NCBI GenBank assembly: GCA_030390025.1
Contig: JASTWF010000121.1
Span: 992,001-1,056,000 of the forward strand
From: Squalus acanthias
Taxonomy: Eukaryota
DNA length: 64,000 nucleotides
Direction: 5' to 3'
The first letter of the stretch is position 1; the number at the start of each line of letters is the position of its first letter. Below, in pieces: positions 1 through 13,206 of this stretch. The notes below the pieces were generated by a model. The model saw nothing but the letters and a program-made list of their open reading frames with translations, was not told the origin of the DNA and ran no database searches. The translations under genes and the position numbers were made by a program.

Positions 1-84
1 CCCATTGGCCTCTTTCATGCTCCTACTTCCTTCTGTTTGAATCAAACTTTGATAAAGTTTACCCTGTATTATACAGGCTCTTAT

Positions 85-662
85 AGAATCTTACAGCACA
101 GGAGGAGGCCATTCGGCCTATCGTGCCTGTGCCGGCTCTTTGAAAGAGCTCTCCAATTAGTCCCACTCCCCCTGCTCTTTCCCCACAGCCCTGTAATTGT
201 TTCCTTTTCAAGTATTTAATCAATTCCCTTTTGAAAGTTACTATTGAATCTGCTTCCACCGCCCTTTCAGGCAGCGCATTCCAGATCACAACAACTCGCT
301 AGTAAAACAAATTCTCATTCCATGCTTTTGTACTCGATGCCTCTATTTATAAAGCCCAGGATCCCGGGTGCTTTTTTAACAACATGTCCTGCCACTATGA
401 AGATTTTTGTATGTGAACCCCAAGGTCTCTCTGTTCCTGCACCCCCTTTAAAATTGAACCATTTTGTTTATATTGCCTCTCCTCATTTTTCCTTCCAAAA
501 TGTATCACTTCACACTTCCCCTGCATTAAATTGAATCTGCCATGTGTCTGCCCATTTCACCGGTCCTCCTGGAGTCTGCTACTATCCTCATCAATCTTTA
601 CTACATTTCCCAGTATTGTGTCATCTGCAAACTTTGAAATGATGCCCTCTATGCCCCAGTCC
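85..662 (-). mobile_element. CR1 3' fragment
   Basis: WNALPERAVEA..FKREL C-terminal motif and RT end. Confidence 0.8.
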
Positions 663-967
663 ATTCTCAGCATTTAAAAAACCTGCTTCATGTCCTCTCT
701 CAATGAAATATCCTTGCTCCAGTGAGAACTAAGCTCATTCTAGCGTCACACTTGTTAACCGGCCCGAAATCCTTTGTGCTGCTCTTCTGAGCCCTCTCCA
801 ATGTGTCACTGCCCCTATGAAGATAGGGCCACAAACATTCACAGCCCTCGGACACTCTGTCACCATAACTCTGGTGGGAGTGCATGGGAGGGCTGCAAAT
901 TATTCTTGGACCCGGATGTGCCTGGTCCCAGCCTTCCATTGCCTTTTGAAGGTAACAGGGATAGACA

Positions 968-1382
968 CTAAAAGAAAGAACTTGCATTTATATAGCGCCT
1001 CTCATGACCTTGGGATGTCCCAAAGTGCTTTACAGCCAATGAAGTACATTTGAAGTGTAGTCACTGTTATAATGTAGGAATCACACAACGTCCCACAAAC
1101 AGCGATTAAATAAATGGCCAGATCATCTGTTTTAGGGATACATGTTGGCCTGGACACTGGGAGAACTCCCCAGCTAATCTTCATATAATGCCGTGCGATC
1201 TTTTACATCCACCTGAGATGGCAAACTTGGTTTAACATCTCATTTCAATGATGGCACCTCCAACAGTGCAGCACACCCTCAATACTGGAGTATCTAGATA
1301 CGTGCTGAAGTGTGTGGGGACTTGAACCCACAACCTTCTGACTCAGAGGCAAGCGTGCTACCAACTGAGCCATGGCTGACAC
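968..1382 (-). mobile_element. tRNA-headed SINE with L2-type tail
   Basis: Minus strand GTCAGCCATGGCTCAGTTGGTAG (A box)...GGGTTCAAGTCC (B box); tail CGCTATATAAATGCAAG(TTCT)n. A partial copy lies at ~8718-8863. Confidence 0.75.
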
Positions 1383-1545
1383 TCTTGCTGATGTTGAGTT
1401 CCATTTTTTCTGGGCTCTCAGTTTGCAAACTGGGCTGTTAAACATCAGTTATCTTATAACATTTCAAATTTTATAAATAGTTAAACTTAGCATGCTGGAG
1501 AAATATATTTCTTTGTGTTGAGCTCCATATATTTCCCACGTACAG

Positions 1546-1893
1546 GTCCATTGGCTGATCCGGTCCTTATTCAGTATCCAACAGTCAGCAAGGTATCAGA
1601 GGGTGAAACCGTCCAGTTACAATGTGCCATGTACAATGCCAGTGTGAGTGACACTGATGTCCACTGGCACTACCAGCGACCTGGGAACAACAGCGAGTGG
1701 GTGATGAGCCAGTTTGTGAATGGCACCATTACCAGGTCCCGGGGTTTCCCCGACCGTTTTCAGCCTTCCAGGAACGTCACCAGTAACAGTTACATTCTGA
1801 CCATCGTGAATGTGTCCCTCAGTGATACTGCTGTCTACAGCTGCGGTGTGTGGAGCTACATCTATGGAGCAGGGACCCAGCTCAATGTAACCG
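1546..1893 (+). CDS. IgSF receptor exon: V-type Ig domain 1 with built-in J-like G strand
   Basis: Acceptor cccacgtacag|GT, donor ACCG|gtaagt; 348 nt, phase 1/1. Encodes ...VQLQC..DVHWHYQRPG..FPDRF..YILTIVNVSLSDTAVYSC GVWSYIYGAGTQLNVT, with the canonical V-set C/W/DxAxYxC and a J-like YGAGTQLNV. Six N-glycosylation sequons. Confidence 0.93.
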
Positions 1894-3047
1894 GTAAGTC
1901 AATGTTAGCTAACACTGGCAGGGTCTCAGTAACAGCTCCTTACTGGGAACATGTTTAATCTTCACACAGTGGAGTGGACAAGTGGAAATATACAGTCAGA
2001 CACAATGGTTGCTGTAGTGCTGTGCTCATGGAACAGAGAGTGGGAATGTTGTTTGTGGAGTGCGAAATGCCAGAGTTGAATAGTGGAGATGTGAGAATGG
2101 ATCAATACTGTGGAACAAAAACAGAAAATACTGGAAAGTCTCGGCAAGTCTGTGCAGCATTTTTGTGGAGACAACAGAGGAGACGTTTTTGTGTGTGGGC
2201 CACACAGAACAAAGGGAGGGGAGAAGGGGAAAAACAGACAGAAGAAAGAAATAGATTAAATTGCTTAAGTGAATAACATAACACTAAATGGCATAAGCGA
2301 TATTATCAAAAACTGGTTTTGTTTCAGATTTCCAACATCTGCAATTCTTTGCTTTTTGAGAATATTCTGGATTTTTCCTTGATTACCTTTGAGAATTGGG
2401 GAGCGTTCATACAGAACGTCCCCTCAGGAGATTAAATGAGTGCGTAGAGTCCGTGATAGGGTAGAGTGTACATGGTGCGTGGAGGGGCATTAAACGGATC
2501 GCGCATAGTTTCAGAATAAGGGGTCACCCATTTAAGACGGAGATGAGGAGGAATTTCTTCTCTCAGAGGGTGGTGAATCTTTGGAATTCTCTACCCCAGA
2601 GGGCTGTGGAGGCGGAGTCATTGAATATATTCAAGGCGGAGATTGACAGACATTTGAACTACAAGGGAGTCAAGGGTTATGGGGAGAGAGCGGGAAAGTG
2701 GTGTTGAGGCCAAGATTGGATCAGCCATGATCTTATTGAATGGAGGAGCAGGCTCGAGGGGCCGATTGGCCGACTCCTGCTCCTGTTTCTTATGTTATTA
2801 TATAAATCTATGATAGAGTAGAGTGTACATGGACTGAATAAGGAGAATAAATGGGTCGGGTAAAAAGTCTATGATAGGGAAGAATGTACATGGTCAGTGG
2901 GAGGAGATTAAGTCAATGGATAGAGTCCATGAGAGATTATATACAGGCTCGCAAGGAGTTAAAATTGGTGGGTGGTTCACGATAGGGTTTAGAAGGTGTG
3001 GACTTGATGAAATGAATGTCCTTAAGTTGTTCAATTCTTTATCATTT

Positions 3048-5895
3048 AAGAACATAAGAACATAAGAAATAGGAGCAGGAGTCGGCCATTTGGCCCTTTG
3101 AGCCTGCTCTGCCATTCAACAAGATCATGGCTGATCTTTTACCTCAACTCCACCTTCCCGTACTATCCCCATATCCCTTAATTCCCTTAGTTCCCAAAAA
3201 TGTATCGAGCTCTGTCTTGAATATACTCAACGACTGATCATCGACAGCTCTCTGGGGTAGAGAATTCCAAAGATTCACAACCCTTTGAGTGAAAAAACTT
3301 TTCATCTCAGTCCTAAATGACTGACCCCTTATTCTAAGGATGTGACCCCGTGTTCTAGATTCCCTAGCCAGGGGAAACATTTCCCCAGCATTAAACCTGT
3401 CAAGCCCCTTAAGAATTTTATATGTTTCAATTAGATCACCTCTCATTCTTCTAAACTCTAGGGACTATAGGCCTAGTCTGCTCAATCTCTCCTCATAGGG
3501 CATTCCTCTCCTCACAGGAACCAATCTAGTGAACCTTTCGTTGCACTCCCTCTAAGGCAAGTATGTCTTTCCTTAGTTAAGGAGACCAGAACTGTACACA
3601 GTACTCCTGGTGTGGCCTCACCAATGCCCTGTATAATTGTATTAATACTTCTTTACTCTTATAATCTAATCCCTTTGTAACAAAAGCTAACATACCGTTT
3701 GTTTTCCTAATTGCTTGCTGTACCTGCATGTTCACTTTCTGTGATTCATGTGCAAGGACACCCAGGTCCCTCTGACTGCAAACATTTCCCAGTCTCTCAC
3801 CATTCAAAAAATATTCTGTTTTTTTTCCTACCAAAGTGGATAACTTCACACTTCCCCACATTGTATTCTATTTGCCATGTTCTTGCTCACTCAGCCAACC
3901 TGTCTATATCTCTCTGCAGTCTCTTTGCGTCCTCCTCACAGCTTACTTTCCCACCTAACTTTGTATCATCAGCAAACTTGGATATGTTACACTCAGTCCC
4001 TTCATCTAAGTCATTAATCTAGATTGTAAATAGCTGAGGCCCAAACACCAATCCTTGCTCGTTACAGCCTGCCAACCCGAAAAGCTCCAGTTTTTTTCTA
4101 CTCTCTGTTTTCTGTCCATTAACTAATCCTCAATCCATGCTAATATATTACCCCTAATCCCATGAGTCCTAATTTGGTGTAATAACCTCTTGTGTGGCAC
4201 CTTAGTGAATACTTTTTGAAAATCCAAATACACTACATTCACTGGTTCCCCCTTATCCATCCTACTAGTTACATCTTCAAAAAACTCTAACAGATTTGTC
4301 AAACATGATTTCCCTTTCATAAAACCATGTTCACTCTGCCTAATCATATTACGATTTTCTAAGTGCCCTGTTACCACGCCCCTAATATTAGATTCTAGCA
4401 TTTTGCCTACTACTGATGTCAGGCTAACTGGCCTATAGTTCCCCGTTTTTTCTCTTCCTCCTTTCTTAAATAGCGGGGTTATGTTTGCTACCTTCCAATC
4501 CTTGGGGACTGTTGTAGACTCTAGGGAATTCTGGAAGATTAATAGCAGTGCATCCACTATCTCTGCAGCTACCTCTTTTAAAATCCTGGGATAGAGGTCG
4601 TCAGGTCCAGGGGATTTGTCGCCACTTAGACCCATTAATTTCTTTACTTATACTGATTTCTTTAAGTTCCTCATTCTCTCGCGACACATGGTTCCCCATT
4701 ATTTCTGGAATTTTTTTGTGTCTTCTACCATGAAGACAGATACAAAGTATTTGTTTAATGTCTCTGCCATTTCCTTATTGCCCATTATAATTTCTCCTGT
4801 CTCTGCCTCTAATGGGCCCACATTTACTTTCACTAATCTCTTCCTATTTACATACCGGTAGAAACATTTACAATCTGTTTTTATGTCTCTTGCTAATTTA
4901 CTCACATTTTCTTTTTTCTCTTTCCTTATCAATTTCTTGGTCCTCCTTTGCTGAATTATAAAATCCTCCCAATCCTCAGGCTAACTACTCTTTTTGGCAA
5001 CATTATAAGCCTTTTCCTTTGATCTAATACTATCTTTAACTTCTCTTGTTAGCCACGGTTGGACCACATTTCCTGTGGGGCTTTTGTGCCTTAAAAGAAT
5101 ATATATTTGTTCTAAATTATGTATTAATTCTTTAAATGCTAGCCATTGCTTGTCTACTGTCATACCTTTTAATGTAGGTTCCCCAATCTACCTTCGCCAA
5201 CACACCCCTCATACATACATAGTTTGCTTTGTTTAGATTTAAGACCCTAGTTTCGGACTTAACTAAAATTCTTCATATTATGGTCACTCTTCCCTAAAGG
5301 CCCCTTTACTACAAGGTTATTAATTAACCCTTTCTCATTGCACAATATTAGATCTAAAATAGCCTATTTCCCTAGTTGGTTCCTCAACATACTGATCTAG
5401 AAAACTATCTTATATACAATCCATGAACTCGTCCTCCACATTATTACTGCACATTTGGTTTGCCCAGTCTATATGTAGATTAAAGTCCCTCTTGATTACT
5501 GTATTGCCCTTGTTACATACGCCTCTAATTTCCTGATTTATACTCTGTTCTACATTACAACCACTGTTTGGGGCCTATAAACAACTCCCACCAATGTTTT
5601 TGCTGTTTCTTAGCTCCAACCAAACTGATTCAACTTCTTGATTATCCGAGCCAAGATCCTTTCCCTCTACTGTCTTTATCCCATCCTTTAGTATCAGGGC
5701 TATCCCTTCTCCTTTTCCATTTTGCCTATCTCTTCTAAAAGTTGAGTATCCTGAAATCTTTAGTTTCCAACATTGGCCACTTTGCAACCACGCCTCCGTA
5801 ATGGCTATTAGATCAAACCTATTCATTTCTATCTGCGCCATTAATTTTATTGCGAATGCTTTGCGCATTCAGATATTGTGCCTTTAGCTTTGACA
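3048..5895 (-). mobile_element. Decayed CR1 LINE ORF2
   Basis: Minus-strand EN and RT fragments (ITEAWL, KSPGPD, NYRPVSLTS, RNFFTQRVV-like) and (AAGAACAT)n tail. Confidence 0.92.
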
Positions 5896-6266
5896 TATTT
5901 TCTCTGGTTATCAATTGTATTCGACTCTTTTCAGACACATTTTCTCTGAGTAATTATTACCAATCAAGGAAAATTCTTTAAAAAAATTATTAATCTTGTT
6001 CAACACGATATTTTATCCCAAGTGTGGTTAAAATACTATTCCTGCAGAGCTGATCTCATAGTAAAGAGGGCTTGGTTCAGAGCATTAGAAAATGATTCCA
6101 TTTTTTAATATAAAGTATGAATAAACCAACTCTGCTGATTTAGTATTAGAATCTGTTCTTTCTTTGAAGCACATAATCTAAGTTGCCTGAACTTTCCATT
6201 TAAAGAATGCGGACTATTTGAAGCCTTCAGATTGGTTCTTACCTTCCCGATATTTTTCCCTCAAAG

Positions 6267-6611
6267 TTGCAAATGCTCCAGTCCTTCTCCAGTCTCCGAG
6301 CCTGGAACGTGTCACAGAGGGTCACTCGGCGCGGTTACAGTGCACCATGCGGAACGCCAGAGTGAGAGACACCGATGTCCACTGGTACCGGCAACTACCA
6401 GGGCAAGATATGGAGCGGGTTTTAACACATGAGGCAAGTGGCAGCACACGAGGGAGCCCAGGTTCCACTGACCGTCTCCAGCCTTCCAGAGACACCTCCA
6501 ATAACAGCTTCATTCTGACAATCACAAAGGTGCAGATTGATGACACTGCCTTCTATTACTGTAAAGTGTGGGGAGATATCAGCGGGAACGGAACCCAGCT
6601 CAATGTAACCA
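6267..6611 (+). CDS. IgSF receptor exon: V-type Ig domain 2 with J-like G strand
   Basis: Acceptor tttttccctcaaag|TT, donor ACCA|gtaagt; 345 nt, phase 1/1. ARLQC..DVHWYRQLPG..DRLQPSRD..FILTITKVQIDDTAFYYCKVWGDISGNGTQLNVT; clearly paralogous to domain 1. Confidence 0.93.
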
Positions 6612-6789
6612 GTAAGTAGAGTTTATGTGATACTAACTGATCTCCGATGGTGTAGTTGATGGGCAGGCTGGGAATTGAAGAGCAGTTTCGAAGTTTATTT
6701 ATAATTTTTATACAATGGCTTAAAATGGTTTTAAAAATCTGAAAAAATTTAACTTTTAATTTTTCATGAACTTTTCAGTGCTTGCACCT

Positions 6790-7335
6790 AATGAAATCAG
6801 TATTTGTAAATTGTGCAGTCTCCTCTACATTGGGGAGTCCCAACGCAGATTGGGTGAGCGCTTTGCGGCACACCTCCGTTCAGTCCGCAAACGTGACCCC
6901 GAGCTTCCGGTCACCTGTCACTTTAATTATCCGGACTACTCTGACCTCTCTATCCTCGGCCTCCTACACTGTTCCAATGAAGCTCAACGTAAGCTCGATG
7001 AACAGCACCTCATCTTTCGATTGGGCACTTTACAACCTTGAGTTCAACAATTTCAGATCATAACCTCGGCCCCATTTTTCAGACAGCAGGTGCTGTTAAT
7101 GATTGTGCTGCTCATTGAATCTCTCCTGCCTTCCACCCTATCACAGACCGTCCCTTTTGTTCTTTCCTCCCCTCCCCCCATTCCCTGCCCCAGCACTTGC
7201 TTCAAATCTGTTACATCTCTAACTTTTTCCAGTTCTGACGAAAGTTCATCGATCTGAAACGTTAACTCTGTTTCTCTCTCCAGATGCTGTCCGACCTGCT
7301 GAGTGTTTCCAGTATTTCTGTTTCTATTTGTAAAT
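6790..7335 (+). mobile_element. Penelope-like GIY-YIG fragment
   Basis: C..CSLLYIGESQRRLGERFAAHLRSV..PVTCHFN..EQHLIFRLGTLQP; the shared terminal motif CTGAAACGTTAACTCTG recurs at ~7625 and ~27003. Confidence 0.75.
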
Positions 7336-7829
7336 TTCCAGCCTGGTTTGTCACAGTACACTTCAGGTATTATAGTGCAGGGGTCCCCAAACTGTAGCCT
7401 GCGGCTCACATAGAAACCTTGACCCCAGGCAGCTCAGTCTTATTTACTTGTATTTCTTAGTTGCTGGTTTGTTCTGTTTGGGTCTTGTGGGCCGGAAGGT
7501 TTGCAAAGCACAGTTCTGGGTGCTGCTGTTTCAGTGGTGGATGAATCCCAAATCAGAGCAACAAGATCTTGCTTAAAACCTGTTACATCTCTAACATTTT
7601 ACAGTTCTGATGAAAGGTCATCACCCTGAAACGTTAACTCTGTTTCTCTCTCCACAGATGCTGCCTGACCTGCTGAGAATTTCCAGCATTTGCTGTTTTT
7701 ATTTCAGATTTCCAGCATCCGCAGTGTTTTGCTTTTGTATTACAATATCTTTACCCACTTCCTTATGAAAAGATCTACATTTTATTTCTCCATATTACTA
7801 AAATAAAGCTGTACACCATAAAATCTCCT

Positions 7830-8718
7830 GACTCTACCCACCCATTTAATCTCCTCCCACAGCCCATGGACACTCTCTCCTATCACAGACCCTAACCATC
7901 CATTTAATCTCCTCCCACAGCCCATGTACACTCTCCCCTATCACAGACTCTAACCACCCATTTAATCTCCTCCCACAGCCCATGTACACTCTCCCCTATC
8001 ACAGACTCTAACCACCCATTTAATCTCCTCCCACAGCCCATGTACACTCTCCCCTATCACAGACTCTACCCACCCATTTAATCTCCTCCCACAGCCCATG
8101 TACACTCTCCCCTATCACAGACTCTAACCACCCATTCAATCTCCTCCCACAGCCCATGTACACTCTCCCCTATCACAGACTCTAACCACCCATTTAATCT
8201 CCTCCCACAGCCCATGTACACTCTCCCCTATCACAGACTCTACCCACTCATTTAATCTCCTCCCACAGCCCATGTACACTCTCCCCTATCACAGACTCTA
8301 CCCACCCATTTAATCTCCTCCCACAGCCCATGTACACTTTCCTCTATCACAGACTCTACCCACCCATTTAATCATCTCCCACAGCCCATGTACACTCTCC
8401 CCTATCACAGACTCTACCCACCCATTTAATCTCCTCCCACAGCCCATGTACACTCTCCCCTATCACAGACTCTACCCACCCATTTAATCTCCTCCCACAG
8501 CCCATGTACACTCTCCCCTATCACAGACTCTACCCATCCATTTAATCTCCTCCCACAGCCCATGTACACTCTCCCCTATCACAGACTCTACCCACCCATT
8601 TAATCTCCTCCCACAGCCCATGGACACTCTCCCCTATCACAGACTCTACCCACCCATTTAATCTCCTCCCACAGCCCATGTACACTCTCCCCTATCACAG
8701 ACTCTACCCACCCATTTT
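7830..8718. repeat. 59-bp minisatellite, about 15 copies
   Basis: Unit GACTCTACCCACCCATTTAATCTCCTCCCACAGCCCATGTACACTCTCCCCTATCACA. Confidence 0.95.
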
Positions 8719-9349
8719 ATCTCATTTCAATGATGGCACCTCCAACAGTGCAGCACACCCTCAATACTGGAGTATCGAGATACGTGCTGAAGTGTGTGGG
8801 GACTTGAACCCACAACCTTCTGACTCAGAGGCAAGTGTGCTACCAACTGAGCCATGGCTGACACTATTGCTGATGTTGAGTTCCACTTTATCTGGGCTCT
8901 CAGTTTGCAAACTGGGCTGTTAAGCATCAGGTGATCTTATAACATTTCAAATTTTATAAATTGTTAAACTTAGCATGCTGGAGCGGAAAAGTGGTGTTGA
9001 GGCCAAGATTGGATCAGCCATGATCTTATTGAATGGCGGAGCAGGCTCGAGGGGCTGATTGGCCGACTCCTGCTCCTGTTTCTTATGTTATTATGCTCTT
9101 ATGTAAAGTCTATGATAGAGCAGAGTGTACATGGACTCAATAAGGAGAATAAATGGGTCGGGTAAAAAGTCTATGATAGGGAAGAATGTACAGGGTCAGT
9201 GGGAGGAGATTAGGTCGATGGATAGAGTCCATGAGAGATTATATACAGGCTCGCAAGGAGTTAAAATTGGTGGGTGGTCCATGATAGGGTGTAGGAGGAG
9301 CGGACTTGATGAAATGAATGTCCTTAAGTTGTTCAATTCTCTATCATTT

Positions 9350-11050
9350 AAGAACATAAGAACATAAGAAATAGGAGCAGGAGTCGGCCATTTGGCCCTT
9401 TGAGCTTGCTCCGCCATTCAACAAGATCATGGCTGATCTTCTACCTCAACTCCACCTAACCAGTATATCCGCATATCCCTTAATTCCCTTAGTTCCCAAA
9501 AATGTATCGAGCTCTGTCTTGAATATACTCAACGACTGATCATCGACAGCTCTCTGGGGTAGAGAATTCCAAAGATTCACAACCCTTTGAGTGAAGAAAC
9601 TTCTCCTCATCTCAGTCCTAAATGACTGACCCCTTATTCTAAGTCTGTGACCCCGTGTTCTAGATTCCCCAGCCAGGGGAAACATTTCCCCAGCATTAAA
9701 CCTGTCAAGCTCCTTAAGAATTTTATATGTTTCAATTAGATCACCTCTCATTCTTCTAAACTCCAGCGACTATAGGCCTAGTCTACTCAATCTCTCCTCA
9801 TAGGGCAATCCCCTCATCACAGGAACCAATCTAGTGAACCTTCGTTGCAGTCCCTCTAAGGCAAGTATGTCTTTCCTTAGGTAAGGAGACCAGAACTGTA
9901 CACAGTACTCCAGGTGTGGCCTCACCAATGCCCTGTATAATTGTAGTAATACTTCTTTACTCTTATAATCTAATCCCTTTGTAACAAAAGCTAACATACT
10001 ATTTGCTTTCCTAATTGCTTGCTGTACCTGCATGTTCATTTTCTGTGGTTCATGTGCAAGGACACCCAGGTCCCTCTGACTGCAAACGTTTCCCAGTCTC
10101 TCACCATTCAAAAAATATTCTGGTTTTTTTTCCTACCAAAGTGGATAACTTCACACTTCCCCACATTGTATTCTATTTGCCATGTTCTTGCTCACTCAGC
10201 CAACCTGTCTATATCTCTCTGCAATCTCTTGGCGTCCTCCTCACAGCTTACTTTCCCACCTAACTTTGTATCATCAGCAAACTTGGATACGTTACACTCA
10301 GTCCCTTCATCTAAGTCATTAATCTAGATTGTAAATAGCTGAGGCCCAAGTATCAATCCTTGCTAGTTACAGCCTGCCAACCCGAAAAAGTCCATTTTTT
10401 TTCTACTCTCTGTTTTCTGTCCAATAACCAATCCTCAATCCATGCTAATATATTACCCCCAATCCCATGAGTCCTAATTTGGTGTAATAACCTCTTGTGT
10501 GGCACCTTAGTGAATACTTATTGAAAATCCAGATACACAACATCCACTGGTTCCCCCTTATCCATCCTACTAGTTACATCTTCAAAAAACTCTAACAGAT
10601 TTGTCAAACACAATTTCCCTTTCATAAAACCATATTAACTCTGCCTAATGATATTACGATTTTCTAAGTGCCCTGTTACCACACCCCTAATAATAAACTC
10701 TAGCATTTTGCCTACTACTGATGTCAGGCTAACTTGCCTATAGTTCCCCGTTTCTTCTATTCCTCCTTTCTTAATTAGCGGAGTGATGTTTGCTGCCTTC
10801 AAATCTTTGGGGACTGTTCCAGAATCTAGGGAATTCTGGAAGATTAATGGAAGTGCATCCACTATCTCTGCAGCTACCTCTTTTAAATCCCTAGAATGCA
10901 GGTCGTCAGGTCCAGGGGATTTGTCGCCACTTAGTCCCATTAATTTCTTCACTTATACTGATTTCTTTAAGTTCCTCATTCTCTCTAGATCCTTGGTTCC
11001 CCATTATTTCCAGAATATTTTTTGTGTCTTCAACCGTGAAGACAGATACA
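9350..11050 (-). mobile_element. Decayed CR1 LINE (duplicate of 3048-4745)
   Basis: Collinear with the 3048 copy apart from small indels; shares the same flanking sequence. Confidence 0.92.
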
Positions 11051-11052
11051 GA

Positions 11053-11690
11053 GGGCTGGATTTTGATACTGGGGACGTGATGGAGGCGGGAATCCCACTT
11101 TTTGGGTTGTAGACCCACCTCCATCGACTTGTGGCCAACCCACTGTATTTTCCCTTGATTGACCTTGTTGAGCCCGCCCAGTGAGCTCAGCAGGCCAATT
11201 AAGGGCCACCCGGCAACAGGTGATGTCACAGATTGACATTTCATCTGTCAAGAGCTTTTGACAGATGAAATATCAGCGTTTGAGAGCTCTGTGAAGCTGT
11301 CAAACACTGACAATTTGTCTTCTAACTTGAGTCCTTCCTCTCAGGCTGAGTTAGAATCATTCCAGCACAGAAAACAGAGACTGAAACTTTTGACAGCACC
11401 ACGGCCTTTCTGCTTTCTGTGCCAGTGAGATTTCTGACTCCCGAGAACTGAAGGGCTGACACCTGCAGGAGGAAGTTAAGGTAAGTAAAACTTTATCCCA
11501 CACTTTACACTTACCTTACACGCTTACCTCTGCACACAGGCACCCATCACTCACCTGCCCACCGGACATATCGACCCCTCCAACCCCTGCAGACCCACGG
11601 TCCGCCTCGCTAACTTGGCGTGGTTGGCACCTGTCGGAAAGCCCACATTTCAGTCTTCAAAATAGGGATTAGGCAAAAAACTGCCTGTTA
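11053..11690 (+). mobile_element. Probable truncated Harbinger-type MITE
   Basis: Begins GGGCTGGATTTT exactly where the upstream CR1 copy is cut; second TIR not found. Confidence 0.4.
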
Positions 11691-12590
11691 ACTTTCCAAT
11701 GTTGGTGTTCAGAGAGATTTGGGTGTCCTGGTGCAAGAAATACAGAAAGCTAGCATGCAGGTACAGCAAACAATAAGGAAGGCAAATGACATGTTGGCCT
11801 TTATTGCAAGGGGTTTGGAGAATAAGAGTAAGGAAGTCTTGCTACAATTGGTGAAACCACACCTGGAGTACTGTGCACAGTTTTGGTCTCCTTATCTAAG
11901 GAAGGATATACTTGCCTTGGAGGCGGTGCAACGAAGGTTCACTAGATTGATTCCTGGGAGGAGAGGGCTGTCCTATGATAAGAGTTTGTGTAGAATGGGC
12001 CTATACTCTCTGGCGTTTAGAAGAATGAGAGGTGATCTCATTGAAACATACAAGATTCTGAAGGGGAATTGACAGGGTAGATGCTGAGAGGTTGTTTCCC
12101 CCGGGCTGGAGTGTCTAGAACTAGGGGGCACAGTCTCAGGATAAGGGGTCGGCCATTTAAGACTGAGATGAGGAGGAATTTCTTCACTCAGAGGGTTGTG
12201 AATCTTTGGAATTCTCTGCCCCAGAGGGCTGTGAATGCTGAGTCTTTGAGTACATTCAAGGCTGAGATCGAGAGATTTTTGGACTCATGGGGAATCAAGG
12301 GATATGGAGATCGGGCGGGAAAGTGGAGTTGAGGTCGATGATCAGCCATGATCTTATTGAATGGCGGAGCAGGCTCGAGGGGCCGTATGGCCAACTCCTG
12401 CTCTTATTTCTTAAGTTCTTATATTTTTATGCATTTAAGGGGAGGCTAGACATGCATATGAGGGAGAAGGGAATAGAGGATTATGCTGATAGATTTAGAT
12501 GAGGAAAGACGGGAGGAGGCTCGAGTGGAGCATAAACACCAGCATGGACTGGTTGGGCTGAATGGCCTGTTTCTGTGCCATATATCCTGT
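11690..12590 (+). mobile_element. CR1 3' fragments
   Basis: RDLGV..PHLEYC..RRMRGDLIE..RNFFTQRVV plus 3' UTR, followed by a second short tail. Confidence 0.85.
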
Positions 12591-12819
12591 GTCATCCATA
12601 GCAAGTAGTCAGTGTGTGATGCTGGGACAGACTGACAGCCACATTATAGATAAATCAAACTGCTCCATGTTTAAACTAACATTATCCCCCCAGGTTCCAT
12701 CATCTGAATTCCACCCTGATTTGATTTTCCCATTGGTGCCATTTCACATTTCACTGTCTGAAGAGAATCTGATGTCTTTCCCTGGTCTTCTGCCTTAAAC
12801 ATGTCATTTCCTTTCACAG

Positions 12820-12954
12820 TTTCTGAAACACAAATGGATCGAGTCGTGAAGACGACCCTTGTCTGGATCATTCTGGGTGCTGTGCTGGGAGTCACTGTTG
12901 TTACTGGAGGCATTTTACTCATCAGACACACACTTTGTGGAAAAAAACAATCCC
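12820..12954 (+). CDS. IgSF receptor exon: stalk + transmembrane helix
   Basis: Acceptor ttcctttcacag|TT, donor TCCC|gtatgt; 135 nt, phase 1/1. ISETQMDRVVKTT-LVWIILGAVLGVTVVTGGILLI-RHTLCGKKQS: hydrophobic span with GxxxG and no charged residue, then basic stop-transfer residues. Confidence 0.88.
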
Positions 12955-13132
12955 GTATGTGACTAAATAATTCAGTTTGACTTGTTTGCTGTGTATAGTT
13001 AATAAAAAATAAAAGGCCAGAACTAATCGTTAAAGAACCTGTTTTGATAATATATAAAATGTTATTGAGCAGCAAAGTATGATTAATATCATTGCAGTTA
13101 ATGTTGGTGAGATTTTATCATTTATTTCCCAG

Positions 13133-13206
13133 CACCATCGGGAACAGCTGATGATCAGAACGCAACTGCTGATTATGAAAATGTTTTTTCTGCAGGAGAC
13201 ACACAG
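13133..13206 (+). CDS. IgSF receptor cytoplasmic exon 1 (YENV motif)
   Basis: Acceptor tttatttcccag|CA, donor CAG|gtgagt; phase 1/0; PPSGTADDQNATADYENVFSAGDTQ, in frame with the TM exon. Confidence 0.82.

Noticed and set aside
1310-1382. tRNA gene
   Set aside because: It is the tRNA-derived head of a SINE; a duplicate lies at ~8795-8863.
1965-1971. CACAGTG heptamer downstream of the V1 exon as an RSS
   Set aside because: It lies about 70 nt into the intron, after the J-like strand, with no nonamer at 12 or 23 nt spacing.
1515-6619. Rearranging Ig light chain or TCR locus
   Set aside because: V and J-like parts are in one exon, there is no RSS, no C1 exon was found, and the V exons splice to a TM/tail.
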